The notes: generated by a model not told the origin, from the letters alone. A stretch of 64,000 nucleotides of DNA from Candidatus Stammera capleta (GCA_036689345.1 CP144799.1:36030-100029); one strand, 5' to 3'; shown: positions 1 to 12,760, counted from the stretch's first letter. Made by a program: numbers and translations.

Positions 1-40
1 GAAAATTTTGTAAATAAAATTTGTTTATTAAAAAACTAAA

Positions 41-1486
41 ATGAATATTAGATTTTTACCTGAAGAAACTATTAGAAGAATTTCTGCAGGAGAATTTCTT
101 AATAGTCCTTCTTGTGTTTTGAAAGAATTAATAGAAAATAGTTTAGATGCTAAATCTACTTTGGTTAAAATAGAAATTTTAAATAGTGGTTTAGATTTAA
201 TTAAAGTTACTGATAATGGTATAGGAATTAGTAAAAATGATTTATTAATGTCAATTAAAAGATATTCAACTAGTAAAATATATTTTTTTAGTGATTTATT
301 AAATTTAAATAGTTTTGGTTTTAGAGGAGTAGCTTTATCTTGTATAAGTTATATATCTAATTTTAGTATTTCTTCAAAATCTATTAATAGTAATAATAAT
401 TATGGTTGATTATTATTTAATAAATTTAATAAAGATAAGATATCTTTTTCTATTGAACCAGTAAAACATAATTTTGGTACTATAGTTAATGTTAAAAATA
501 TTTTTTTGAATTATCCTGTAAAAAGAAAAGAATTGTTTTTTTTAGTTAAAAATCAATTTTTTTTAATTAAAAAAATGGTAAATTATTTTGTTTTATCTAA
601 TTATAAAATTAATTTTTTGTTTTATAAGGAAAATAAATTATATAAAAAATATATTAATAAATCTTATAAAGATAAATTTAATATTTTGGAACGTATTAAA
701 AATATATATGGAAAAAATTTTTATAAAAAAAGTATTTATATAAATATAAAAGATAAATATATATCTTTTTGTGGTTATATTTTTATAAATATTAAATATA
801 AAAATATTAAAATTATTTTTTTAAATAATAGAATTATTTCTACTGAAAATTTATTGTATTCAATAGTTAATGATTTTTTTTTAAATTTTTTTGATAAAAA
901 TATTTTTTTTTCTTATATATTGTTTTTTTATACTAAAAGTAAAAATTTAAATATAAATATATGTCCTAGTAAAACTAAAATATTATTTTTAAATTCATAT
1001 TTTATTTTTAATAAAATATATAATAGTTTATCTATGTTTTTTAAAAAAAAAAAAAAAATATTTATTAAAAATGATGTTTATATAATTAATAAATTAACAT
1101 CTAATGATTTTTTTTTTGATAATTATTTACATTATTTTTTAATTTATTTTGGTAATATAATTAATATATTTAATCAACGTTTTGTTTTTTCTGTAAAAAA
1201 AAATGGTTTATTAATAGTTTCAGATTTACTATATGTTTTTTATTATATGAATATATTAATTTTTAAAAAAAAATTTTTTTATTTAATTAAAAAAATTAAA
1301 ATTAAAAAAGTAAAAATATTTTTTAATGAAAATTATTTTATAAATATAGATAGTATTATAAATATTTTAAATATTTTAGGTATAGATATATTTTATAAAG
1401 ATTATTATTTTTTAGTAACTAGTTTACCTGTTGAGTTTTTAAATATAAATATTAAAAAATTTTTTTTATCTTTTTTTTTTTTTTAA
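41..1486 (+). CDS. mutL: DNA mismatch repair protein MutL (short form, degenerate C-terminal half)
   Basis: ATG at 41. Track ORFs 41-409 and 506-1486 share one frame, joined by TGA 407-409 read as Trp. N-terminal GHKL ATPase motifs ELIENSLDA, TDNGIGI, FGFRGVAL. About 481 aa versus 615 in E. coli. Followed by miaA as in E. coli. Confidence 0.85.
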
Positions 1487-1697
1487 AAAAAAATAGAAAA
1501 AAAAATATTTCTTTTAAAATAATAATTTATTGATTATCTAATTATATTATTATTTATAATAAATGAAATAATTATAATATTATGAGGTTAATACATAAAT
1601 TTCATAGTTGTTATATAAAATTTAATTTTAAATTTAAAAAAAAAATTTTTTATTTTTTAAATTTTAATAAATTATATTTATATTATTTTAATAATTT

Positions 1698-2648
1698 ATG
1701 CTTATAAAAAAAAATATTTCAAAAATTTTTTGTATTTTAGGTCCTACTGGTATAGGAAAAAGTTATATAGCTATGGAATTAAGTAAAATTCTTCCTATAG
1801 AAATTGTTAGTGTAGATTCTGGTTTAATATATAGAGATTTAAATATTGGTACAGCTAAACCTAGTAAATTAGAATTAAAATATTTTCCTCATAGATTAGT
1901 TGATATTATTAATCCTAATGATTTTTATTCGGTAAAAAATTTTATTTTAGATTTAATGGAAGAATTAAATGATATTATTTATATTAAAAAAAAAGTACCT
2001 TTATTAGTTGGAGGTACTATGATGTATTTTAATGTTTTATTTAATGGATTATATTTATTACCTGAATCTAATGATAAAATTCGTAATTATATAAATTTTT
2101 TATTTATTAAATATGGTTATAAATGTATTTATAATCTTTTAAAAAAAATTGATTTTTCTTCATATAAAAAAATTCATTTTAATGATAAATATAGAATTAT
2201 ACGTAATTTAGAAGTTTTTTTATCTACTAGAAAAAATGTTTCTTATTTTAAGAAAAATAGAAAATTTAATTTGAATTTTGATATATATAAAATTATTATT
2301 TTACCTAATGATAAAACTAATTTATCAATATTAATTAAAAATAGATTTTATAGTATGTTATATACAGGTTTAGAAGATGAAGTATTTAATTTATATTTAC
2401 GAAATGATTTAAATTTAAATTATCCTTCTATAAAATGTATTGGATATAAACAAATGTGATTATATATTGATAAAAAAATTTCATATTTAGAAATGATTGA
2501 AAACACTATCTGTAGTACTTTATATTTAATAAAAAAACAATTAATTTGATTAAAAAAATGATCTAATAGTTTTATAATTAAAAATGATAATTGTAAGAAA
2601 AAAATTATCAATATTTTTAATTATATTAAAAAAATAATTAATTATTAA
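1698..2648 (+). CDS. miaA: tRNA dimethylallyltransferase MiaA
   Basis: ATG at 1698. P-loop GPTGIGKS. In-frame TGA at 2457, 2547 and 2559 align with Trp of the E. coli motif GYRQMW...QITWLRGW. Stop TAA at 2646-2648. Confidence 0.93.
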
Positions 2649-2658
2649 GGGTATTTGT

Positions 2659-3948
2659 TTGTTATATTTAAATAAAAAAAATAAAATATTAGGAATATAT
2701 ATATATTCTAATAAAAAAAATATTATTAATAAAAATGAATTTAAAAAATTAATTTTTTCTGCTGGTTTTTATATAGAAAAATTATTAGAAATAAATATCA
2801 GATATCCTAATAAAAAATATTTTTTAGGTTTAGGTAAAATTAAAGAAATTATTTTTATTATTAAAAGATTTAATTTTTCTAAAATACTAATTAATTTAGT
2901 TCTTAAAAGCACTCAAGAATATAATTTAAAAAAAATATTTAAATGTTCTATTTTGAATAGAACTAATCTAATATTAGATATATTTAAAAACAGAGCTATT
3001 ACTAATTATGGTAAACTTCAAGTAGAATTAGCTTACTTAAATTATTTAAGTACTCGTTTAATTAAAAGATGAGATCATTTAGAACGTCAAAAGGGAGGAA
3101 CTAAAAATATTTCTGGTCCAGGAGAAACACAAATTGAAATTGATAGAAGATTAATAAAAAAAAGAATAAAATTTATAAATAATAAAATAATAAAATTAAT
3201 TAATCAAAAAGATAGTAATATTAAATTTAGAAATAAATATAATGTTCCAATAATTTCTTTAGTTGGTTATACTAATTCTGGAAAATCAACTTTATTTAAT
3301 TTATTGACTAATTCTAATTTGGAATTAAGTAATAATTATTTTTCTACTTTAGATACTTATATAAGAAAAATTAATATTTTTAAATTTAGTTCTAATGTTT
3401 TAGTTTCTGATACTATAGGTTTTATAAGAAATTTACCTAAAAATATTAAAAGTGCTTTTAAAGGAACTTTAAGTGAAATATCTTATTCTCATCTTATTTT
3501 ACATATTATTGATGTATCTAATTTATATTTTAAAAATTATATTGATGTTGTTAATTCTATATTAGATGATTTAAATATAAATAATTCTATACCTATAGTA
3601 CAAGTAATGAATAAAATAGATAAAATAAAAAAACATAAAATTAAAATAGATTTTAAAAATAATCTACCTATTAGAATATGAATATCTGCTAAAAAAAAAT
3701 TAGGTATAAAAAATATATATAAATTAATTAATTTTTATTTATTTTCTGATAGAATAAAATATTTAATATGTATTCCTTTAAAATTGTCTTACTTAATAAG
3801 AAGTATTTTATACAAAAAAGGTATTGTTTTTAAAGAATGAAGTAAAAATGGTAAATTATTTTATTTTAATATATTAATTGATAAAATAAAATTTTCATAT
3901 ATTTTAAAAAAATATCCTTATATAAAAAAATATTTAGTTAATAAATAA
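2659..3948 (+). CDS. hflX: GTPase HflX
   Basis: TTG start at 2659, with no nearby in-frame ATG. One frame through TGA at 3070, 3679 and 3838. Motifs GKLQVELA, WDHLERQKGG, GPGETQIE, G1 GYTNSGKSTLFN, DTIGFI, NKID. Stop TAA at 3946-3948. Confidence 0.93.
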
Positions 3949-3952
3949 TTTT

Positions 3953-4699
3953 ATGAAAAAAAAATATAAATATTTTTATGGTTTTAATACTATAAAAAAT
4001 TTAATTAAATTTAAATCTAATTATATTAGAAAAATTTTTTTAATAAAAAAAAATTCTAATAGATTTTTTGAAATTAAAAAATTAATTCTTTTAAATAATA
4101 TTTCTTATAAAATAGTACATAATTTTTCTTTTAAAAATATAGATTATATAAATCATCAAGGTATTATAGCTTATGTAAAAAAAAAAATATTTTTTAATAA
4201 TATTGATGATTTTATAGATTTAATAAATAAAAAAAAAAAGCATTTTTTTTTAATTTTAGATAGTATTGATAATCCAAATAATTTAGGTTCTTGTATTCGT
4301 ACTGCTGTAGCAGCTAATGTAGATGCTATAATTTTAAGTAAATATAATTCTGTTTCTATAGAAAATAATATTGTACATAAAGTATCTACAGGTTCTATTT
4401 ATAAAATATTTATTATTATTGTAAATAATATTACTAATATAATAAATTTATTAAATAAATATAATTTTTTTATTTTTGGTACTGATATAAATTCTAAAAA
4501 AAATATTTATAAAATAAATTTTAATAAATATAATTCTATAGCTATTATTTTAGGTTCAGAAAAAAATGGAATAAGAAAAAAAATTAAAGAAAAATGTAAT
4601 TTTTTATTTAAGATACCTACTAAAAATATTAATTCTTTAAATGTTTCAGTATCAGCTGGAATTATAATTTTTGAAATTCAAAGACAAAAAAATTTATAA
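3953..4699 (+). CDS. rlmB: 23S rRNA (guanosine-2'-O)-methyltransferase RlmB (SpoU family)
   Basis: Single ORF. HQGIIA, LDSIDNPNNLGSCIRTA, GSEKNGIR and SLNVSVSAGI align along the E. coli RlmB length (243 aa). Position after hflX matches E. coli once hflKC to rnr are deleted. Confidence 0.85.
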   Translation: MKKKYKYFYGFNTIKNLIKFKSNYIRKIFLIKKNSNRFFEIKKLILLNNISYKIVHNFSFKNIDYINHQGIIAYVKKKIFFNNIDDFIDLINKKKKHFFLILDSIDNPNNLGSCIRTAVAANVDAIILSKYNSVSIENNIVHKVSTGSIYKIFIIIVNNITNIINLLNKYNFFIFGTDINSKKNIYKINFNKYNSIAIILGSEKNGIRKKIKEKCNFLFKIPTKNINSLNVSVSAGIIIFEIQRQKNL

Positions 4700-5638
4700 T
4701 ATTTTTCCTGGAATAAATAATAATGGTTTAGAATTAATAAGTTGAGATATTTTGATTTTTTTACAGTTATTTAACTGTATTTTAGTTATGTTAAGAGAAA
4801 AAGATTTTTTAGTAAATATTTTTAATCCTTTTTTATTATATTTTAAAATTTCACCAGGTATAAAATTTTTATTATTAATTTTTTTTATTTTAACTGATCA
4901 TATAAATATAATATATTTTTTATAAAAAAAATATGTTTTAGGTCATATATGGAAGGCTCTTATTTTTCTTTCTATATCTATAGCTGTATCTTTTTTTCAA
5001 TTTATTAAACCTTCTTTTTTATTTATTTTATTAGCATATGTAATATATTTTTTATTTTGTTTTAATTGAATATAATCATTACATAATATTTTTTGTAATA
5101 AAATTGGTAATTTAGTAGCACTTATTTTTTTAAGTATATTATATAATTTTTTATAAGTGTATTTTTTTTTTATTAAACATTTTTTTTGATATATAATTTT
5201 TCCTCCATCAATAATTTTATTCATTTTTATGAATGTTATACCAGAAAATTTATCTCCAAATAATATAGATTTTTGTATTGGAGATGATCCTCTTCATCTA
5301 GGTAAAAGAGATGCATGTATATTTATACAACCTAATTTAGGTACATTTAAAATTTCTTTTGGTATTATGAAACCGTAAGCTACTGTAATTATTATATCTA
5401 TATTTAATTTTTTAAATATATTTTTTAATTTTTTTAATTCTTTAATATTTTTAGGTTTAAAAATATTTAATTTATTTTTTTTAGATATTATTTCAACTGG
5501 ATTAACATTATTTTTTTTTTTTTTTTTAGTTATTACTCCTAATATTTTATGTTTAGTTTTTTTAATAATATTTTTAAGTTGATATGAAGCAAATTCAGGT
5601 GTACCAAAAAATAATATTTTTAATTTTTTGTTATTCAT
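4694..5638 (-). CDS. fmt: methionyl-tRNA formyltransferase
   Basis: Minus strand. Track ORFs 5294-5659 and 4997-5224, plus a tail to TAA at 4694-4696, form one frame joined by TGA=Trp (5294, 4997, 4943, 4898). FGTPEFA N-terminus and HASLLPRWRG motif. Start chosen at ATG 5638 ([17 protein letters not shown]); the upstream ATG at 5659 would overlap def. Confidence 0.9.
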
Positions 5639-5645
5639 ATTTATT

Positions 5646-6089
5646 TTATATATAATCAATAAATAATTTTCCTTTAATATGATCTATTTCATGTTGTATA
5701 CATACTGATAATAAACCTTTAGTTTTTAAAGTAATTTTTTTTCCATTTATATTTTTTGCTATTAAATATAAGTAATTAAATCTTTTAATATAATAAAAAA
5801 AATTTGGTATAGATAAACATCCTTCCTTAGTTATAATTGTACCTTTTTTTTTAATAATTTGAGGATTTATTAATAACAAACCTTTATTTTTTTTTTGGGT
5901 TATATTTATTACTATAATAGATTTATTTATATTTACTTGTATAGCTGCTAAACCTATTCCTTTATAAAAATACATAGTTTCGAACATATTTAAAACTATA
6001 TTTTTTAGATTATTATTAAATTTTATTACTTTTTTAGTTTTTTGACGTAATTTTTTATTAGGATATATTAATATTTTTAAAATTGACAT
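5646..6089 (-). CDS. def: peptide deformylase
   Basis: Single ORF with the three deformylase motifs [13 protein letters not shown] and HEIDH. def-fmt order as in E. coli. Confidence 0.96.
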   Translation of the reverse strand: MSILKILIYPNKKLRQKTKKVIKFNNNLKNIVLNMFETMYFYKGIGLAAIQVNINKSIIVINITQKKNKGLLLINPQIIKKKGTIITKEGCLSIPNFFYYIKRFNYLYLIAKNINGKKITLKTKGLLSVCIQHEIDHIKGKLFIDYI

Positions 6090-6122
6090 TTATTTATTTT
6101 TTAATATAAAAGAAATAAAATA

Positions 6123-6210
6123 TACCCAAGGCGGGATTTGAACCCGCAAGATTATTATTATAATCGAGGGATTTTAAGTCCCTTGTGTCTACCAGTTTCA
6201 CCACTCGGGT
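6123..6210 (-). tRNA. leuZ: tRNA-Leu (anticodon UAA), long variable arm, no encoded CCA
   Basis: The reverse complement folds as a cloverleaf: acceptor ACCCGAG/CTTGGGT, D-arm GTGAAACTGGTAGACAC, anticodon stem AGGGA/TCCCT with loop CTTAAAA, AT-rich variable stem, T-arm GGGTTCAAATCCC. Closely parallels E. coli leuZ. Confidence 0.9.
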
Positions 6211-6222
6211 ATTTATTATTTA

Positions 6223-6293
6223 AAGCGTGTCCCGGAATTGAACCGGGATTTATGGGTTTGCAATCCATTGCATTACCTTTCTGCCAACACGCT
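6223..6293 (-). tRNA. cysT: tRNA-Cys (anticodon GCA), no encoded CCA
   Basis: The reverse complement has acceptor AGCGTGT/ACACGCT, discriminator U73 (a Cys identity element), a 3-bp D stem with a 13:22 mismatch as in E. coli tRNA-Cys, anticodon loop TTGCAAA and T-arm CCCGGTTCAATTCCGGG. cysT-leuZ adjacency as in E. coli. Confidence 0.88.
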
Positions 6294-6609
6294 ATATATT
6301 TATTATATAACAATAAATAATTAATAAAAAATATTTTTTTATTATTTAATTGAATAAACTAATGTTAAATTTTATCTAAGTATTGATCTTGATTAATAAA
6401 ATGTAGTAATATATGGTATTTGCTGTATTTATTTATTAATTTAATTTAAAATTTATTCAATAATATTTATATCATAAATAATATATATTTTAAAGTATTA
6501 ATTAATTTAATTTTATTTAAAATTAAAAATTTAAATTTAATATCATTATATTTATTTTTTGTTTTATAATTTTGTAAGTTTTATTAAAATACTATTTTAG
6601 GTAAATTAA

Positions 6610-6975
6610 ATGTCTACTATTAATCAATTAGTTCGTAAATCTAGAGTACGTAAAATATTTAAAAATAATGTTCCTGCTTTAGAAGGTTGTCCTCAGAAAA
6701 GAGGTGTATGTATTAAAGTCTATACTACTACTCCTAAAAAACCTAATTCTGCTTTAAGAAAAGTTTGTAGAGTTCGTTTAACAAATAATTTAGAAGTTAC
6801 TGCTTATATACCTGGTGAAGGTCATAATTTACAAGAACATTCTGTTGTTCTTATTAGAGGTGGTAGAGTAAAAGATTTACCTGGAGTACGTTATCATGTG
6901 ATTAGAGGTTCTTTAGATTGTTCTGGAGTAAAAGGTAGAAAAACATCTCGTTCTAAATATGGTGTTAAAAAATAA
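6610..6975 (+). CDS. rpsL: 30S ribosomal protein S12
   Basis: Full-length ORF nearly collinear with E. coli S12 ([24 protein letters not shown]). First gene of the str operon. Confidence 0.98.
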   Translation: MSTINQLVRKSRVRKIFKNNVPALEGCPQKRGVCIKVYTTTPKKPNSALRKVCRVRLTNNLEVTAYIPGEGHNLQEHSVVLIRGGRVKDLPGVRYHVIRGSLDCSGVKGRKTSRSKYGVKK

Positions 6976-6990
6976 TTTAATTTAATATAT

Positions 6991-6995
6991 AGGAG
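6991..6995 (+). promoter_or_regulatory. Shine-Dalgarno motif AGGAG for rpsG
   Basis: AGGAG lies 6 nt upstream of the rpsG ATG at 7002. Confidence 0.6.
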
Positions 6996-7001
6996 TTTTA
7001 T

Positions 7002-7472
7002 ATGTCACGTCGTAAGAGAATAAATAATCGTATTATAATTCCTGATTATATTTATAATTCAGAATTAGTTATGAAATTTATTAATCTACTTATGTTAAAT
7101 GGTAAAAAATCTATTGCAGAAAATATTTTATATACATCTTTAAATATATTAGAAAAAAAAATTAAAAAGAATAAATTAGATTTATTAGAATTAGCTATTA
7201 ATAATGTTAAACCTATTGTAGAGGTTAAATCTCGTAGAGTTGGGGGTACTACTTATCAAATACCTGTTGAAGTTAGACCTAAAAGAAGTAATACTTTAGC
7301 TATACGTTGAATTATATTGTCAGCTAAAAAAAGATCTAAAAAAAAGATGTTTTTAAATTTAGCTGAAGAATTATTAGATGCTATTAATAAAAAAGGATAT
7401 GCTATTAAAAAACGCGATGAAACACATCGTATAGCGGAATCAAATAAAGCTTTTGCTCATTATAGATGATAA
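7002..7472 (+). CDS. rpsG: 30S ribosomal protein S7
   Basis: ORF 7002-7310 continues through TGA at 7308. It ends ...AFAHYRW, with that Trp encoded by TGA at 7467-7469, then TAA at 7470-7472. Matches the E. coli S7 core. Confidence 0.97.
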
Positions 7473-7508
7473 TATTATTTTAGAAATTTTATTTAATGGT
7501 AAATATAT

Positions 7509-9638
<2,130 letters not shown>

Positions 9639-9672
9639 TTTAATTTTAGTATTAATAATTTAAGGTGTATTT

Positions 9673-10857
9673 ATGTCAAAAAAAAAGTTTGAACGTTCTA
9701 AAATTCATTTAAATGTTGGGACAATTGGACATGTTGATCATGGTAAAACTACTTTAACTTCTGCTATTACTACTGTTTTAGCAAAAAAATTTGGTGGTAA
9801 AGCTTGTGCTTTTGAACAAATAGATAATGCTCCTGAGGAAAAAGCTAGAGGTATTACAATTAATACTTCTCATGTTGAATATGATACTTCTAAAAGACAT
9901 TATGCTCATGTTGATTGTCCTGGTCATGCTGATTATATTAAAAATATGATTACTGGTGCAGCTCAAATGGATGGAGCTATTTTAGTAGTAGCTGCTACAG
10001 ATGGTCCTATGCCTCAAACTAGAGAACATATTTTATTAGCACGTCAAGTAGGTGTTCCTTATATAGTAGTTTTTTTAAATAAATGTGATATGGTAGATGA
10101 TGAAGAGTTATTAGAATTAGTAGAAATGGAAGTTAAAGATATATTAACTCAATATAATTTTCCAGGTGATAAAACTCCTATAATAAGAGGTTCAGCATTA
10201 AAAGCATTAGAAGGTGATGTTAAATGAGAAGAAAAAATTTTTAATTTAGCAGATTGTTTAGATAATTATATACCTGATCCTAAAAGGAATATTGATAATC
10301 CATTTTTATTACCTATAGAAGATATTTTTTCCATTTCTGGTAGAGGAACAGTAGTAACTGGGAGAATAGATCAAGGTTTAATAAAAGTAGGTGATGAAGT
10401 AGAAATAGTAGGAATAAAAGATACACAGAAATCTATATGTACTGGTATTGAGATGTTTCGTAAATTATTAGATGAAGGTAGAGCTGGTGAAAATGTAGGT
10501 ATTTTATTAAGAGGTATTAAGAGAGAAGATATTGAAAGAGGTCAAGTTTTAGCTAAACCTGGTAGTATTAATCCTCATACTTATTTTGAAGCAGAAGTTT
10601 ATGTTTTATCTAAAGAAGAAGGTGGAAGACATACTCCTTTTTTAAATGGTTATCGTCCTCAATTTTATTTTAGAACTACAGATGTTACGGGAACAATTAA
10701 TTTACCTAAAGGTGTAGAAATGGTTATACCTGGTGATAATATTAAAATTTCTGTAAAATTATTTAGTCCTATAGCTATGGATGAAGGATTAAGATTTGCT
10801 ATTAGAGAGGGTGGTCGTACAGTTGGAGCTGGTATAGTTAGTAAAATTTTTTCTTAA
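9673..10857 (+). CDS. tuf: elongation factor Tu
   Basis: Track ORFs 9673-10227 and 10453-10857 share one frame. TGA at 10225-10227 aligns with Trp in E. coli GDAEWEAKI. Very high identity throughout. SD-like AAGGTG upstream. Confidence 0.99.
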
Positions 10858-10879
10858 AATTTTAATTCAGTAGGGTAAA

Positions 10880-11191
10880 ATGATTAATCAAAGAATAAGA
10901 ATTAAATTAAAAGCTTTTGATCATCGTTTAATAGATATTTCTACATTAGAAATAGTAGAAACTGCTAAAAAAACTGGAGCTCAAGTTAGAGGTCCTATAC
11001 CTTTACCTACATCTATTGAACGTTTTACTATTTTAGTTTCTCCTCATGTAGATAAAGATGCTAGAGATCAATATGAAATTAGAACACATAAACGTTTAAT
11101 TGATATAGTTAAACCTACTGAGAGAACTGTAGATGCTCTTATGAAATTAAATTTGGCTTCTGGTGTTGATGTGCAAATTAGTTTAGGTTAA
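10880..11191 (+). CDS. rpsJ: 30S ribosomal protein S10
   Basis: Full-length ORF ([14 protein letters not shown]..., [14 protein letters not shown]) matching E. coli S10. Starts the S10 block 22 nt after tuf. Confidence 0.98.
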   Translation: MINQRIRIKLKAFDHRLIDISTLEIVETAKKTGAQVRGPIPLPTSIERFTILVSPHVDKDARDQYEIRTHKRLIDIVKPTERTVDALMKLNLASGVDVQISLG

Positions 11192-11195
11192 ATTT

Positions 11196-11822
11196 ATGAT
11201 TGTATTAATAGGTAGTAAAATTGGAATGACAAAAATATTTAATAAAAATGGTGTATTTTTTCCTGTTACAGTAATAGAAATTAAAAAAAATATTATTACT
11301 TTAATAACAAAACATAATGGTAAATATATAACTCAATTAACTACTGGTAGTTTAAATATTAAAAAAGTTAATAAACCTAAATTAGGTTTTTTTAATAAAA
11401 TAAATGTTAGACCTGGTTTTGGTTTGTGAGAAGTACCTTATATTAAAAAATTACATTTACATGTAGGACAATTTTTAAGTGTTGATATATTTAAAAATAT
11501 TAAAAAAGTTGATGTTATTGGTATTACTAAAGGTAAGGGTTTTGCAGGTACTATTAAAAGATGAAATTTTAGTTCTCAAGATAGTACTCATGGTAATTCT
11601 TTATCTCATAGGGTACCTGGTTCTATAGGTCAAAATCAAACTCCTGGTAAAGTATTTAAAGGAAAAAAAATGTGTGGTCATTTAGGTAATAATAGAAATA
11701 CAGTTCAAAATTTAAATATTGTTAAAATATATAGTAAAAAAAATATTTTAATTATTCGTGGATCTGTTCCTGGTTATAATGGTAGTAGATTGATTGTTAG
11801 ATCATCAATTAAACAAAATTAA
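11196..11822 (+). CDS. rplC: 50S ribosomal protein L3
   Basis: ATG at 11196 ([15 protein letters not shown] vs E. coli MIGLVGKKVGMTRIF). Reads through TGA at 11427 and 11562. Stop TAA at 11820-11822. Confidence 0.96.
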
Positions 11823-11827
11823 AAATT

Positions 11828-12436
11828 ATGGCTAATATTTTATTAAAAGATACTAATAAAAATATATTATTATCTGATGATGTTTTTAAAGTTAATTTAA
11901 ATATTTCTTTGTTACATCAAGTTATTATTGCTTATCAAAAAAATTGTCGTAAAGGTAATGTATCTCAAAAATCTAGATCTGATGTTTCAGGATCAAATAA
12001 AAAACCTTGAAGACAAAAAGGAACTGGTAGAGCTAGAGCTGGTTCTTATAAAAGTCCTATATGACGTTCTGGTGGAGTTACTTTTGCAACTAAACCTAAA
12101 AAATATTTTTGTAAAGTAAATAAAAAAATGTATAATAAAGCATTTAAAATTATTTTATCTAATTTATATAAAGAATCTAGATTATATATTTTAAGTAATT
12201 TTTATGTTTCTTTACCTAAAACAAAAATTTTATTAGATAAAATAAAACCATGAGGTTTTAAAAAACTTTTAATTGTTATAAAAAAATGAGATAGGAATTT
12301 ATTTTTATCTTCACGTAATTTATATAATATACGTATATGTAATGTTAATAATATTAATATTATTGATTTTTTAAATTTTAAAAGTGTTATTTTTACTATT
12401 TCTTCTATTAGATATTTAGAGGATAAATTAAGTTAA
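11828..12436 (+). CDS. rplD: 50S ribosomal protein L4
   Basis: [30 protein letters not shown], with both Trp encoded by TGA. Stop TAA at 12434-12436 overlaps the rplW ATG (TAATG). Confidence 0.96.
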
Positions 12437-12741
12437 TGAATAATAAATTAAATTATTTTAATTTTTTTAAAAAACCTTATTTTTCAGAAAAAACTAATTT
12501 TTTATTAAATAAAAATAGAACTTTAGTTTTTAAAGTATGTAAAGATATTAATAAAATAGATATTTCTTTAGCAATTAAAAAAATATTTAATTTTAAAATA
12601 AGTAAAATTAGAACTTTATGAGTTAAGAGTAAAAAAAAAAAAAGAAAAAATGGAATTTCAAGTTTTACTAAAAAATGAAAAAAGGTTTATGTGATATTAA
12701 AAAAAAATCAGGATGTTAATTTAAATAATTTATTTAAATAA
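12436..12741 (+). CDS. rplW: 50S ribosomal protein L23
   Basis: ATG at 12436. Collinear with E. coli L23 (FSEKT..., VFKVCKD, WKKVYV). Two in-frame TGA. Stop TAA at 12739-12741. Confidence 0.93.
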
Positions 12742-12760
12742 ATTTATATATAGGTTTAAT

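Noticed and set aside
1-39. An open frame ENFVNKICLLKN-stop at the left edge that could be the 3' end of an upstream gene.
   Set aside because: Twelve codons are uninformative. It cannot be told apart from non-coding sequence.
1582-1707. A 41-aa ORF (MRLIHKFHSCYIKF...) in the mutL-miaA spacer, overlapping the miaA start in another frame.
   Set aside because: Its length is within chance expectation for this composition, it shows no recognisable similarity, and miaA already has a complete N-terminus.
6138-6320. A 60-aa plus-strand ORF with unusually high GC content.
   Set aside because: It lies exactly over the two minus-strand tRNA genes (Leu and Cys). The GC content and open frame come from the tRNA sequences.
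6294-6609. Many TATAAT-like and TTGAnn-like hexamers that could be called sigma-70 promoters upstream of rpsL and in other spacers.
   Set aside because: At this base composition such matches are everywhere, including inside genes. No specific promoter can be supported from sequence alone.
11928-12119. Alternative-frame ORFs inside rplD (11928-12119) and dnaJ (42238-42435), plus the upstream extensions of the rplV, rplN, rplO, tsaB and dnaK track ORFs.
   Set aside because: The orthologue-matching frame or start explains each region. The alternative frames have no similarity to anything, and the extensions overlap the preceding gene.
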